Virus record (IMG/VR): IMGVR_UViG_3300037467_001945
Location: 1 to 24,082 of that record
Source: a virus
Lineage: Duplodnaviria > Caudoviricetes
Reading direction: 5' to 3' (one strand)
DNA: 24,082 nt
A program made the translations under genes and the position numbers. Every line of letters begins with the position of its first letter. Position 1 is the first letter of the stretch. This document shows, one piece after another, positions 23,466 through 24,082 of the stretch. Under the pieces are notes generated by a model. It did not search any database, was not told the DNA's origin, and saw nothing but the letters and a program-made list of their open reading frames with translations.

Positions 23466-23737
23466 TGGCGACGGTCCGCTACGCCCCACCCTGCCCGAAG
23501 GCGGAGGAGCACACCCCGCACCCCGAGCGGCAGTTCGCCCACGAGCGGTGGGCCGAACAGATGCTCCGCACACACACCCAAACCCGCTGTCCCGGCTGCG
23601 GCCTGTGGACAATCTGGGTCCGCCGGCCTAACGCCCCCGACCTGCCGCCCATCGAGTACCGGCTCGACCACGACGACTGCGGCTGCTGCGACGGCGACCC
23701 ACAGTGCGACTGCGAGTACCACCAGGACCAGCAGTGA
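23465..23737 (+). CDS. Cys/His-rich hypothetical protein (90 aa)
   Basis: AAGGAGG RBS, TGATG overlap; CP...HTPHP...HTQTRCPGCGLWTIW; DCGCC..QCDCEYH. Confidence 0.72.
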   Translation: MATVRYAPPCPKAEEHTPHPERQFAHERWAEQMLRTHTQTRCPGCGLWTIWVRRPNAPDLPPIEYRLDHDDCGCCDGDPQCDCEYHQDQQ

Positions 23738-23910
23738 CCGCCGACCAGCTCACCCTCGGCGACTGCGAGCCCGAGTGGGCCGACGTCCTCGCCGCCGCCG
23801 AGTTGCACGACCCGGTCGACCCACGCTGGCGCGACCTCCGCCACCAGGGCCTCACCCCGCAGCAGTACGCGCGCATCGTCGACGTGACCGTCGTCGGCGA
23901 CTACCTGTAA
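23734..23910 (+). CDS. Hypothetical protein (58 aa)
   Basis: AGGA RBS, GTGA overlap; ends RIVDVTVVGDYL. Confidence 0.65.
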   Translation: MTADQLTLGDCEPEWADVLAAAELHDPVDPRWRDLRHQGLTPQQYARIVDVTVVGDYL

Positions 23911-23930
23911 GCCCGCACCAAGGAGCACCG

Positions 23931-24082
23931 ATGTCCGCCTGCACCGTCTGCCTCCGCGACCTGTACGAGCACGAGCTCGGCCACCAAGCCTGCCGCCCCT
24001 GTACCGACCGGGTCGACCTGCACCTGCGCGCTCTCGCCGGCACCGACGGGCTGTACGCCCGCCTCGCCGACTCACTCCACCC
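23931..24082 (+). CDS. Zn-finger hypothetical protein, 3'-truncated by window edge
   Basis: AAGGAG RBS; MSACTVCLRDLYEHELGHQACRPCTDRVDLHLRAL...GLYARL. Confidence 0.75.
   Translation, partial: MSACTVCLRDLYEHELGHQACRPCTDRVDLHLRALAGTDGLYARLADSLH

Larger units (their letters stand above)
1..24082. mobile_element. Temperate actinophage/prophage segment (accessory, integration/lysogeny, recombination and replication modules); extends beyond both window edges
   Basis: Integrase + att-like site, divergent repressor/Cro pair, excisionase-like HTH, YqaJ/RecT, MTase, initiator-loader-DnaB, dense coupled small ORFs; no host core genes. Confidence 0.95.

Overview
High-GC actinobacterial (Streptomyces-like) temperate phage or prophage DNA. 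No host housekeeping, virion-structural, rRNA, tRNA or CRISPR features are visible. Left part (1-4500): an accessory/regulatory cluster with a 5'-truncated XerC-like tyrosine recombinase, small Cys/His metal-binding proteins (including DUF6233-like and DUF6221-like), a LexA DNA-binding-domain-only protein behind a LexA-type box, GntR and XRE regulators, and a second LexA box. Centre (4536-7624): an apparently intact attP (arm-type repeats on both sides of a 7-7-7 core), a leftward tyrosine integrase, and a repressor/Cro-like switch followed by an excisionase-like HTH. Right part (7707-24082): a long, translationally coupled rightward early operon with YqaJ exonuclease + RecT, a divergent C5 DNA methyltransferase, a replication initiator carrying an internal palindromic repeat array (probable origin), a DnaC/IstB-like loader, DnaB, a sigma-like protein and many small hypothetical proteins. 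Most interesting: the intact attP plus a second recombinase, the possible SOS-controlled uncleavable LexA mimic, the dual-coding palindrome array in the initiator gene, and the MTase with altered catalytic motifs. All family names come from motif recognition by eye, not database searches; start codons were re-picked from RBS and stop/start-overlap evidence.
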